A stretch of DNA of 64,000 bases from Chloroflexota bacterium (GTDB lineage: Bacteria; Chloroflexota; Anaerolineae; Anaerolineales; UBA11579), in contig QWJF01000007.1 of the NCBI GenBank assembly GCA_009391835.1, forward strand, positions 722 to 64,721, written 5' to 3'. The first letter of the stretch is position 1. Every line of letters begins with the position of its first letter. The notes under the pieces were generated by a model. It made no database searches and was not told where the DNA came from. It was given only the letters and a program-made list of their open reading frames with translations. Below are positions 9,187-17,794 of the stretch, piece by piece. Position numbers and translations under genes: made by a program.

Positions 9187-9256
9187 GCGCTAGAGGGGAG
9201 TGTGCACAGTTGTTTGCATTGATTCCCCAACCCTTCCCATTGATAAGGAGTGGAAC

Positions 9257-9451
9257 ATGGCTTTTACACACACCAACAGCAAAGGCAACAAATACATTTT
9301 GCACGAGCGGAAACGCACCACAAGCACGGGCAAAACCACCAGCCTGTATTTCTTCGCCAAAGAAGAAAAGGCTGGCGCCCTGGACAGCGTACCCTCGGGC
9401 TACATGGTCGCTGAGACCAAAACCGGCCTGCCTGTCCTCAAAAAGGGTTAA
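9257..9451 (+). CDS. small conserved-looking hypothetical protein (64 aa)
   Basis: ATG 9257 is preceded by AAGGAG (9245-9250). Sequence MAFTHTNSKGNKYILHERKR.. The ORF-track N-terminal extension lacks an RBS. Confidence 0.6.
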   Translation: MAFTHTNSKGNKYILHERKRTTSTGKTTSLYFFAKEEKAGALDSVPSGYMVAETKTGLPVLKKG

Positions 9452-9466
9452 CCGGAGTTTTTCTTG

Positions 9467-9497
9467 AGCGGCGCAGTATACTGCGCCGCTTTGTTTT
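9467..9497 (+). terminator. intrinsic terminator
   Basis: Perfect 24-nt palindrome AGCGGCGCAGTA/TACTGCGCCGCT followed by TTGTTTT. It lies between the convergent genes 9257-9451 and trmB. Confidence 0.75.
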
Positions 9498-10185
9498 ACC
9501 TAGACATTCCGTCTGCGCGCCGTAAAATAAAGCGTAGCGGCTTTATGCCTTTTCCTTCCCAAAAACGCTGAAATCGAGATTTGGTCGTCGGTTCAAACGC
9601 GGCCAGATAGCGTTCCGCGTGGGTGGGCACAAAACGCCCGTCCCTCTCGGCCAGACGAAGCATCTCTTCAAAGAAGTCTTTTCGATCGCTCACCACACTG
9701 ATTTGCCCGTCTTCGGTTAGGGCCCGCGCCATCACATCCAGGAATTCCGGATCGAACACGCGATGCTTCTCATCTTTCGCCTTGTGTACCGGGTCGGGGA
9801 AATGCAAATAAACGCTGTGCCATGCATTATTGGGGATCAGCTGATAGATCAGTTTGATATTGGCCCGCACAAAGCGAATGTTGGCCAACCCATACGTATC
9901 CGCTAAATGGACAGCGTAGTAAATCGCCCGCTTTGACGCTTCGATACCCAAAAAGTTCGTGCTCGGATTAGCCCCCGCCAGCCCACATAAATATTCCCCC
10001 GTTCCCGGCCCAATCTCCACCTCAAGCGCTGCTTCATTGCCGAACACACTCTTGGAACTGAGTCTGGGATGGGCTGTCAGATTCTCAAAAAGCGCCTTGG
10101 CCGTCCATTCATGCAAATAGGCGTCGCGCTGGCTGGAGTATAGCTCCCGCAGTTTGATGCGCCCGATATGTCGCCCTCGCGACAC
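9496..10185 (-). CDS. trmB: tRNA (guanine46-N7)-methyltransferase
   Basis: EIGPGTGEYL SAM motif, NFLGIE, and LHFPDPVHKAKDEKHR, all typical of TrmB. Confidence 0.9.
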   Translation of the reverse strand: MSRGRHIGRIKLRELYSSQRDAYLHEWTAKALFENLTAHPRLSSKSVFGNEAALEVEIGPGTGEYLCGLAGANPSTNFLGIEASKRAIYYAVHLADTYGLANIRFVRANIKLIYQLIPNNAWHSVYLHFPDPVHKAKDEKHRVFDPEFLDVMARALTEDGQISVVSDRKDFFEEMLRLAERDGRFVPTHAERYLAAFEPTTKSRFQRFWEGKGIKPLRFILRRADGMSR

Positions 10186-10186
10186 T

Positions 10187-11014
10187 TCACACCACCTGCC
10201 AGTTTCGCTCGAGGCGTCGTAGTAGCCCTAGAAATAACGCGGAAACCCCCAGCAGCAATACCGAAAGCCCCACGGCAACACCGCGATTATTTTCCAGGCC
10301 AATATAAATCGCCAATGGCATCGTCTGTGTGCGCCCCACCAAGTTCCCCGCAAAAATGATGGTTGCTCCAAATTCGCCCAGCGCCCGCGCCCAACACAAC
10401 AGCGCCCCGCCCAACAGCGCCTGGGACGCTGCCGGGATCATCACATAGCGAAACAGTTGCCACTGATTCGCCCCCTCGGTGGTCGCAGCCTCCTCTAGCT
10501 GGCGATTGACCGCGCCAAAACCAATGCGCGCCGCCCGCACGAAAAGCGGCCCTGCGACAAATAATTGGGCCAGCACTACGGCTGCTGCTGTGAACGGCAG
10601 GTGGATGCCCAGCAATTCCAACGAACCCCCTACCAATCCCCTGCGACCGAATGCCAGCAACAAGCCCAGCCCAGCCACTGAGGGTGGCAGAACAATTGGC
10701 AGGTCCACGAGGATCTCCACCCAGCCTTTGCCCCTGAACGGAACCCGGGCTAACACATAGGCCAGTGGTGTGCCCGTCAAAATAGCTGCCGCGGTGCTCA
10801 CCGAGGTGGTGGCTAGGCTCACCCGCAACGCGGTGAGCGCCTGCGCATCCATCAGTGTTCCGGGCAAACTGGCCGCAAGCCCTTCGACCACCAGCGCCAG
10901 CACAGGCAGCCCCAGTAGCAGGGTGAGCAGCAGCCCCGGCGCGACCAACCATCCCACCGAAACACTACGCGTATCTTTGCGCGTCATCGAATTTGCTTCC
11001 ATAATCTCGGGCAC
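10187..11014 (-). CDS. modB: molybdate-type ABC transporter permease
   Basis: Strong similarity by eye to E. coli ModB (LPIVLPPSVAGLGLLLAFGRRG, ARALGEFGATIIFAGN). Ends 1 nt before the trmB start. No modA or modC is adjacent. Confidence 0.8.
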   Translation of the reverse strand: MPEIMEANSMTRKDTRSVSVGWLVAPGLLLTLLLGLPVLALVVEGLAASLPGTLMDAQALTALRVSLATTSVSTAAAILTGTPLAYVLARVPFRGKGWVEILVDLPIVLPPSVAGLGLLLAFGRRGLVGGSLELLGIHLPFTAAAVVLAQLFVAGPLFVRAARIGFGAVNRQLEEAATTEGANQWQLFRYVMIPAASQALLGGALLCWARALGEFGATIIFAGNLVGRTQTMPLAIYIGLENNRGVAVGLSVLLLGVSALFLGLLRRLERNWQVV

Positions 11015-11085
11015 GCCGAGATTATAGCTTGGCTTTCACGGCTATAATTCAGTGGCCGTTTACCTAGCCCACCACCCGAAGCCCA

Positions 11086-13146
11086 ATGCCACGCTCCGAC
11101 ACTCCCTCCATCAAGTACCTCCGCCTCCAAACCTGGGCAGAACAGCGCCACGCCTGGCTCATGCCCATTGCTCTCTTAACTGTCTGTATTTTGGCGTATG
11201 GGCTTCTGATCCCCTGGCTGGGTTTTTATTGGGACGATTGGCCCAAAGCTCTTTTCGCCGAAACGATTGGCCCAGGCGCCTTCGTCCGCTTTGCGGCGCA
11301 TCGTCCAATCAATGGTTGGTGGTACATCCTTTCCCTGTCCCTGTTAGGCACCTCACCGCTGCGCTGGCAGCTCTATGCTCTCTTCTGGCGCTGGGCCAGC
11401 GCAGTGGCCTTCTGGCTCTTCCTGCGTGCTCTCTGGCCTCGTCGGCGCTGGCTTGTTTCTGCAGCCGCGCTGCTTTTCGCTGTTTACCCCGGTTTCCGCC
11501 AAACCAACATTGCCCTCTCGTATTACATCCATTTCCTTGCGCTGACTAGCTTTTTCCTTTCCCTGGCCTTAATGTTGGCTTCCATGCGCCCATCGAATAC
11601 TGCCCGTTGGCAGAATGTTGCCGCATTCCTGCTTGCCGTGCTCACCATGCTGACCACAGATTACTACTACGGCCTCGAACTCATCCGCCCCGTGCTGCTC
11701 TATTTGGCTCTGAAACCCGCCAGCCAAACGTCCCGAGAGCGCCTGCGCCGCACTCTCAGGCTATGGGCGCCCTACCTGCTCCTCACCACAATCATGTTCG
11801 TTTGGCGCCTCAGTTTGGAGGCGCCCGAATCCTACGCCTCGGGCCTGACGGAAACGCTGGGCAATGTGAGCGGCTTCAGCACGGTTCTCAGTTCGGCCCT
11901 CGGCGATCTGTTTCAAGGCGCGCTCTCTGCTTGGTTGCAAACCATTACAGCGCTTGGCAATATCAATTGGGCCTCACGCGTCGAACTACTTGGCCTCCTA
12001 CTCACCCTGCTCAGTGCTGCGGCTGCCTACCTATTTCTTAGATTTGGTTTGCCCTCCCCTAAAGATGACGAGCCAACTGATGGCTCTCGCAGGCAGATTC
12101 TTGGGCTGGGTGGGTTGGCTCTGGTGGTCGCTAACCTCCCATTTTGGGCTTCGGGCTTGGCCATCGGCCTGAACTTTCCTGCCAACCGCCTAACACTGCC
12201 AATGGCCGCCGCTTCATCATTGCTCCTGGTTGGGTTCGCGCTTTTCCTGCGCGCCGGTTGGCCGCGCGCCCTGTTTATTGCCAGCCTGCTTGCCCTCGCT
12301 ATCGGGCTTCAGTTCCACACCGCCAATGCGATGCGCGAAGATGGTGAGCACCACGCCGATTTTTGGCAACAATTCATTTGGCGCGCCCCCACAATTGAGC
12401 CAGGCACGGCCATTCTGAGTGAGGAGCTGCCGCTTGAATTCTTCTCCGATGATTCGCTCACCGGTGCAGTAAACCTGATCTATCCTTCCCCCTTCCCAGA
12501 AAGCTCCCTGAACAACGCTATCCTCTACTTGGATTTGCGTCTGGGCAGCAAGCTGCCGAGTCTGGCTCCCGATCAGCGCATTTTTTGGGAGTACCGTCTG
12601 GTTACCTTCACGGGCAGCACGTCCCGGTCAATCATCATCTACTACGCGCCGCCCGCCTGTTTGCGCATCCTGGATCCCATCATTGATGCCAACAATCCCC
12701 TCCTAACCCCCGCTACTCGACAGGCGCTTCCACTCTCCCGTCCCGAATTGGCCGCTCAGGCTGCGGGCATCCCTGCCCAGGCTCCTGGCAATCTTCTTGA
12801 TGGCCGCGGGTCTGAATCGTCCTGGTGCTATTACTTTGAAAAAGCGGATTTGGCGCGCCAAAACGGGGATTGGGCACAAGTCGCCACCCTCGGGGATGTT
12901 GCTTTTTCCCTGGAGGATTCCCCAAATCACGCTTCGGAACGCGTGCCATTCATTGATGGCTATGCCCGCGTTGGGGACTATGACCGTGCCCTGGAGCTCA
13001 GCCTTGAGGCCATTGAAATCAATTCCCGCATGAGTGCGATGCTATGTGATACGTGGCGCCGCATTTACGCCTCCACGCCCGAAAACGCGGATAGAGTTTC
13101 TGTGCTGCAAGTTATTGAAAATAAATTGACCTGTAACCTAGATTAA
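11086..13146 (+). CDS. large polytopic membrane protein, putative GT-C type glycosyltransferase with soluble C-terminal domain
   Basis: 686 aa, about 12 TM helices, first-loop motif LGFYWDDWP, and a C-terminal helical (TPR-like) region. Confidence 0.6.
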   Translation: MPRSDTPSIKYLRLQTWAEQRHAWLMPIALLTVCILAYGLLIPWLGFYWDDWPKALFAETIGPGAFVRFAAHRPINGWWYILSLSLLGTSPLRWQLYALFWRWASAVAFWLFLRALWPRRRWLVSAAALLFAVYPGFRQTNIALSYYIHFLALTSFFLSLALMLASMRPSNTARWQNVAAFLLAVLTMLTTDYYYGLELIRPVLLYLALKPASQTSRERLRRTLRLWAPYLLLTTIMFVWRLSLEAPESYASGLTETLGNVSGFSTVLSSALGDLFQGALSAWLQTITALGNINWASRVELLGLLLTLLSAAAAYLFLRFGLPSPKDDEPTDGSRRQILGLGGLALVVANLPFWASGLAIGLNFPANRLTLPMAAASSLLLVGFALFLRAGWPRALFIASLLALAIGLQFHTANAMREDGEHHADFWQQFIWRAPTIEPGTAILSEELPLEFFSDDSLTGAVNLIYPSPFPESSLNNAILYLDLRLGSKLPSLAPDQRIFWEYRLVTFTGSTSRSIIIYYAPPACLRILDPIIDANNPLLTPATRQALPLSRPELAAQAAGIPAQAPGNLLDGRGSESSWCYYFEKADLARQNGDWAQVATLGDVAFSLEDSPNHASERVPFIDGYARVGDYDRALELSLEAIEINSRMSAMLCDTWRRIYASTPENADRVSVLQVIENKLTCNLD

Positions 13147-13607
13147 TGTTGGGGTGTTTCAACCGCTTTCGCCCGAGCCTTCTCGAAGGCCCGCCGGAAA
13201 CGTTTCAACAATTGGCGGTCCTCGCGCTGCAGCCCTTTAGCCACTAACCACGCCAATGGCTTACGCATGCCTTCGCCCCTAACCTGGCCCAGCAATTCAA
13301 TCTGTGTCCCTTCGCTCTCTGGGCGAAGCACGTAACGATAAATTAGTTCGATATGATCTTGTCGATAGCTCACCGCATAGTTGTAAGGAGCTTCGAATTC
13401 CACCACCTCAAAGGTCTCGCGGATTTCTTTGCCCCCCTCTTGTCGGGTCTGAACGTACCGCGTTCCGACGTCGAGCGGACCCTTTCCCAGTTTTTCAGTC
13501 CCTTTGATTGCCGGGTCCATCTTGCCGGCATTCTCCACCGCGACAAGAAAATAAAACACATCTCGAGGAGCCGCATCAACGAATTCAGAAAAAGAAAAAT
13601 CAGCCAT
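13143..13607 (-). CDS. SRPBCC (polyketide cyclase/START-like) family protein
   Basis: ATG 13607 is preceded by GGGAGAG. Sequence MADFSFSEFVDAAPRDVFYFL.. The length and pattern fit SRPBCC. Its 3' end overlaps the convergent gene by 4 nt. Confidence 0.6.
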   Translation of the reverse strand: MADFSFSEFVDAAPRDVFYFLVAVENAGKMDPAIKGTEKLGKGPLDVGTRYVQTRQEGGKEIRETFEVVEFEAPYNYAVSYRQDHIELIYRYVLRPESEGTQIELLGQVRGEGMRKPLAWLVAKGLQREDRQLLKRFRRAFEKARAKAVETPQH

Positions 13608-13659
13608 ATACTCTCTCCCACATTCTACACGAAGGCCCCGTCCCGGATAGTATGTTTTA

Positions 13660-13692
13660 AACGAAAAAGAGGCGCTCAACTCGAGCGCCTCT
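13660..13692 (-). terminator. intrinsic terminator for gene 13716-14504
   Basis: Stem AGAGGCGCTC/GAGCGCCTCT (13668-13677 and 13683-13692), followed on the minus strand by TTTTCGTTT. Confidence 0.7.
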
Positions 13693-13715
13693 TTACATGT
13701 CACAAAAGGGTGGCT

Positions 13716-14504
13716 TTAGGGAGCAAAAGCCACCCAGGTGGCGCCCCCGGTTGCCCTTAGGGTCCCGGAATAGTTTCGACCAAAGGCCACGAACAAGTAG
13801 GTGTATTCGCCGCGGATCACATCCAATCGGTTGAAGCCCGGATTTGCCTGAATGTAATAATTTTTCGGGCCGCTTAGCGTGATGTTAATCGGGAAGGAAA
13901 AGTGGTTGCCCATCATCAGATTGCTCGGATTGGGTAAACCGAAAGACAATAGTTCGGCGCGCTCACAACTTAAAAGCCGCAACCGGGCCGTGCCATTCTT
14001 CAACACCCGCACTGTACCACCAAAAGTTGTGCCGCAAGCTTCATAGCTGTATACGTATTCGCCGGAGGCAATGGTCAGGAAACGGTTACTTCCCAGGCTG
14101 ATAGCCAGCTCGTAATCCTCGGGGCCGCTCATCTCAAGCGTTACCGGGTCGCCCAAATGGCTGTCAATCACAAATTTCGCATGAATGACTTCCCCCGGGC
14201 AATTCTCGATCACCAGCCATTGGTCATCCGAGGTTACGGTGATCTTGCCGTTTACTTCAACGCCGCAAGCCGTGTAGTTGTAATCGTAGGTGCCTTCCTC
14301 AACGGTTTCAAAAACCTTTCCAGTCGCCACCGTAAAGGAGTATTTTTCAGGCCCGGTCAATTTCAGCTTGACACTGCCTTCGGTATTATTGTGGATATTC
14401 AAAACCCATTTGCCCGCTGCCTGCACAGGCTGTACAACGGTGAGCGCAAGGGCCAGCACGATCAGCAAAATTAAGCTTTTCTTCATAGGTGTCTCCGTGT
14501 TCAC
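13716..14504 (-). CDS. secreted protein built from three tandem ~70-80 aa repeats
   Basis: Signal peptide ..LALTVVQPVQA-AG. The motif [LM]x[LM][ST]GP[EK]xY...GxYxYxYxACG....G[KT][IV] is repeated three times. Confidence 0.7.
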   Translation of the reverse strand: MNTETPMKKSLILLIVLALALTVVQPVQAAGKWVLNIHNNTEGSVKLKLTGPEKYSFTVATGKVFETVEEGTYDYNYTACGVEVNGKITVTSDDQWLVIENCPGEVIHAKFVIDSHLGDPVTLEMSGPEDYELAISLGSNRFLTIASGEYVYSYEACGTTFGGTVRVLKNGTARLRLLSCERAELLSFGLPNPSNLMMGNHFSFPINITLSGPKNYYIQANPGFNRLDVIRGEYTYLFVAFGRNYSGTLRATGGATWVAFAP

Positions 14505-14619
14505 GATGATCTTGGTACCGAAACTGCGCGCAAATCATAGCTTGCGAAAATAGAGATGTCAACACAACGATAGTACTTTTGTACTAGAATTCAATGAGCA
14601 TTCTCTTAGAGCCACTACG

Positions 14620-15399
14620 ATGACAAACCCCAACCCCACCACCCGCTTCTCGAATCGAGTAGCCAACTACATCAAATACCGGCCGGGCTATCCCGCCGAA
14701 ATCTACCCATATTTGAGCACCGAGGCCGGCCTTGAGCCACAGTCCGCCATCCTGGATTTGGGCTCAGGCACCGGCATCCTCAGCCGCCTCTTCCTGGATC
14801 GCGGCCACCGGGTATTTGCCGTAGAGCCCAACCCAGAAATGCGCCTGGCAGCCGAAAATCTCCTGGGCCAAAATGCCAACTTCGTCAGCCTAGCAGGTCG
14901 CGCCGAGCAAATTCCGCTTCCGGAAAACGCGGTCAATTTTGTTGTTGCGGGTCAATCCTTTCATTGGTTTGAACCACTTGGGGCCAAACGCGAAGTGCAA
15001 CGCGTCTTGCGCCCGAACTGTCAGGCAGCCCTGATTTGGAACGATTGGAGTGCCGATCTCAGCCCCTTCCTGCACGCCTACGAACAGTTGCTCCTGGATT
15101 ACGGGACTGACTATCGGCAAGTCAGCCGCCAAAACGACGGCCTGCTGCGCCAGATCCTTCGTTTTTTCGCGCCCAGCCAGCCCAAGGTAGCCGCTTTCCC
15201 CAACCAACAAACCTTCGATTTTGATGGACTTCGCGGCCGCTTGCTATCCTCGTCCTATGTGCCATTGGATGGTCAGCCAGGGTTCGCTCCCATGCTGGAA
15301 GCGCTGCGCCTGATATTCGATCAATTCCAGCTGGATAGTTTGATAACCTTCGATTACCAGACCCGTATCTACCATGCCAGTCTTGAGCTAGGCCAGTGA
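14620..15399 (+). CDS. class I SAM-dependent methyltransferase
   Basis: Motif I ILDLGSGTGILSRLF and the post-I segment RVFAVEPNPEM. Confidence 0.8.
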   Translation: MTNPNPTTRFSNRVANYIKYRPGYPAEIYPYLSTEAGLEPQSAILDLGSGTGILSRLFLDRGHRVFAVEPNPEMRLAAENLLGQNANFVSLAGRAEQIPLPENAVNFVVAGQSFHWFEPLGAKREVQRVLRPNCQAALIWNDWSADLSPFLHAYEQLLLDYGTDYRQVSRQNDGLLRQILRFFAPSQPKVAAFPNQQTFDFDGLRGRLLSSSYVPLDGQPGFAPMLEALRLIFDQFQLDSLITFDYQTRIYHASLELGQ

Positions 15400-15872
15400 A
15401 CGACGCATCGGATCTACCCGCAATTAATTACCTTGAGCAATTGGGTATTCCCTTCCGGATTTTCGTCCACCAGGGCGCCGTCCATTCGCTCGAACAGGCG
15501 GCTGAAGAACGCGGCCAACAGCCTGATCAGGTGGTCCGCAGCTTGCTCTTTCGGTTATCGGAGGCCGAATTCGTACTGGTACTCGTTGCAGGTCCCGAAC
15601 AAATTCCCTGGAAGACCCTGCGCCGCCAATTTGGCCAACGTCGTCTTACCCTGGCCTCTGCCGATGAGGTCCTGAGCCAAACCGGCTATCGCATAGGGGC
15701 CGTCTCGCCCTTCGGCCTGTCAAGTCCTATTCCCATCTATATAGAAAGCAACCTGCTCAAGCTGAGCGAGATCTCCACCGGCTCCGGTCGTCCGGGAACC
15801 GCCATCATGCTGCGATCAACCGATCTGCCGGCAGCCCTACCTGAAGCGCAAATCATCTCCCTTTTCGTTTGA
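15396..15872 (+). CDS. YbaK/ProX-type aminoacyl-tRNA deacylase domain protein
   Basis: 158 aa. Its start overlaps the upstream stop by 4 nt. The pattern ..VRSLLFRL..FVLVLVAG...IGAVSPFG fits YbaK/EbsC. Confidence 0.65.
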   Translation: MNDASDLPAINYLEQLGIPFRIFVHQGAVHSLEQAAEERGQQPDQVVRSLLFRLSEAEFVLVLVAGPEQIPWKTLRRQFGQRRLTLASADEVLSQTGYRIGAVSPFGLSSPIPIYIESNLLKLSEISTGSGRPGTAIMLRSTDLPAALPEAQIISLFV

Positions 15873-15979
15873 GATCGTCTGACCGTAAGTAGAATTGCGC
15901 GGTTGCTGGCGAATACCCTTGTAAACCCCACTGCTATAATCAGCATGTGGATTGCCCGCACTGACAAATCAGAGCTATC

Positions 15980-17362
15980 GTGAAACTCCTCTCCTATAAA
16001 AATCCGGCGCTAGGCATGATCGTCCCTCTCGCTGCTTATATCTTTTTGCGTGGAGCCCCTGCTCTGGATTCGCTGATTGGTACGCCGCTCCTCCATTTCC
16101 AAATCGTATCAGCCACATTTCTGATCGCCCTCCTTCTCTCCATTGCCATTGGGATCGCAGGAATCCGCCAGCGAAACCTTCAAGTCATTTATGTGTCGCT
16201 TGCCTTTATTTCACTGGCCGGCCTATTTAGCGTTCATGGGCTCGCCACGCCCGGGTTCATCTTTAGCAGCGGCGCCCTGGTCGGCGTTGCGGCCCAACTC
16301 AGTGTGCTCACGATGGGTTTTTGGTTGCTACTCTCCAGTTTGCCCGTTGAGCATCCCCTGAGCGCCTGGCTCTCCACTCGCGCCAAATTCCTCCTTCCGC
16401 TCTGGACCCCTGCAATCGTCATCGCAGGCATCTATGCGCTGAACAACCCTGCTGTTGTTGAGTGGGTCCCCGTCACTCAGGCCCCGTTGCGTGGCTTCGT
16501 GACCGTCATAACAATTTTCTTCGCTGGCGTTTCCGCCTACCGCTACTGGCAGTCCTATCGTTATTCTCGCTTCCCCTTTCAACTTGCGATGACGTATGTA
16601 GGCGGCTGGATCGCCGTTAGCCAGATCATCATCGCCACTGGCCAAACCTTTTACTTGAGTTGGTGGATATATCACTTCCTGCTGCTTTTCGCTGTCCTCG
16701 CCGTCATCCTGGGCCTGATCGTTCAATATTCAAGTGGCCAGTCATTGCGCCTCTCTGTGCAGGGGCTCTTCTCGTCAGATCCGCGGGACCGGCTTGAAGC
16801 AGGTCTCTCCCCAAGCATCCGCGCCCTGATCGCCGCCACCGAAGCCCGCGACCCATATACCGCGGGCCATTCTGAGCGCGTCGCCCTGGGAGCCATCCGG
16901 CTCGGCACCGCCCTGCATTTCTCACCTGAAGATCTCCGAGTTTTGGCCCATAGCGGCCTTGTCCACGATATTGGCAAGTTGCAGGTTCCCGATAAAGTGC
17001 TCAACAAGCCTGGCAAGTTGGATACTCAAGAGCGAAAAATCATTGAACTGCACCCCATCACCGGCTACGAGCTTTGCGCGCGCCTTGGGTTTATGCCCCC
17101 CGAGCTTCAGGTCATCCGCCACCACCATGAACGCCTGGATGGCAATGGCTATCCGGATAAGCTCACAGCGGATCGGCTCTCGCGCCTGGTGCGTGTCCTT
17201 AGTGTGGTGGACGTTTACGACGCATTGACTACCTCACGCTCCTATCGCCCGGCATGGAGCCGTGCCGAAGCGATCAAATACCTCCAGGAGCATGCCGGCA
17301 CTCAATTCGACCCCGAATACGTGGAAGTGTGGATCAATCTGGAAAACAATCACGACAAGTAA
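15980..17362 (+). CDS. polytopic membrane HD-GYP domain phosphodiesterase
   Basis: About 8 TM helices, then HD-GYP motifs (GHSERVA, LVHDIGK, HHHERLDGNGYPD). GTG start. Confidence 0.85.
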   Translation: MKLLSYKNPALGMIVPLAAYIFLRGAPALDSLIGTPLLHFQIVSATFLIALLLSIAIGIAGIRQRNLQVIYVSLAFISLAGLFSVHGLATPGFIFSSGALVGVAAQLSVLTMGFWLLLSSLPVEHPLSAWLSTRAKFLLPLWTPAIVIAGIYALNNPAVVEWVPVTQAPLRGFVTVITIFFAGVSAYRYWQSYRYSRFPFQLAMTYVGGWIAVSQIIIATGQTFYLSWWIYHFLLLFAVLAVILGLIVQYSSGQSLRLSVQGLFSSDPRDRLEAGLSPSIRALIAATEARDPYTAGHSERVALGAIRLGTALHFSPEDLRVLAHSGLVHDIGKLQVPDKVLNKPGKLDTQERKIIELHPITGYELCARLGFMPPELQVIRHHHERLDGNGYPDKLTADRLSRLVRVLSVVDVYDALTTSRSYRPAWSRAEAIKYLQEHAGTQFDPEYVEVWINLENNHDK

Positions 17363-17382
17363 TGCTTTGTTCGCATTAAAGA

Positions 17383-17415
17383 GAAAAGCGGCACTCAATG
17401 AGTGCCGCTTTTTTG
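17383..17415. terminator. bidirectional intrinsic terminator
   Basis: Stem AGCGGCACT/AGTGCCGCT flanked by an A-run and TTTTTT, between the convergent HD-GYP and csp genes. Confidence 0.8.
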
Positions 17416-17428
17416 GTCAGCGTTTCAT

Positions 17429-17641
17429 TTACATTACAGGGGAAACGTCTTGCGCTTGGGGACCTTTGTCGCCTTGGACGACAACGTATTCAACTCGTTG
17501 TCCTTCTTCCAGCGAGCGGTAACCATCGCCGACGATAGCGCTGTAATGCACGAATACGTCTTCGCCTTCATCCTGCTCGATGAAGCCAAAGCCTTTCGTA
17601 GCATTGAACCACTTCACCGTGCCGGTCACGCGTTCTGCCAT
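17429..17641 (-). CDS. cold-shock protein (CspA family)
   Basis: [21 protein letters not shown]...[11 protein letters not shown] 17641 is preceded by AAAGGAGG. The ORF-track extension is 5' UTR. Confidence 0.9.
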   Translation of the reverse strand: MAERVTGTVKWFNATKGFGFIEQDEGEDVFVHYSAIVGDGYRSLEEGQRVEYVVVQGDKGPQAQDVSPVM

Positions 17642-17739
17642 GAGCCGGAACCTCCTTTCATTCTCTCTTCTGCTAGAGGTTCCAGTCAGTACAGAGCGTA
17701 CTCTTCCTGTGTTTGAGAACAACTGCTAGCAAGACAGTG

Positions 17740-17768
17740 ATTCTAGCATGGCCTTAAATAGCTGTCAA
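17740..17768 (-). promoter_or_regulatory. promoter TTGACA-17-TAGAAT for csp
   Basis: Plus-strand TGTCAA at 17763-17768 and ATTCTA at 17740-17745. Implies a 5' UTR of about 90 nt. Confidence 0.65.
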
Positions 17769-17794
17769 CGAACTTTGGGCGCAGCAATTCTTCG

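Noticed and set aside
10287-10952. 221-aa alternative-frame ORF within modB
   Set aside because: It is on the same strand but out of frame with a gene that shows strong ModB similarity. Its translation is Gly/Ala/Arg-rich.
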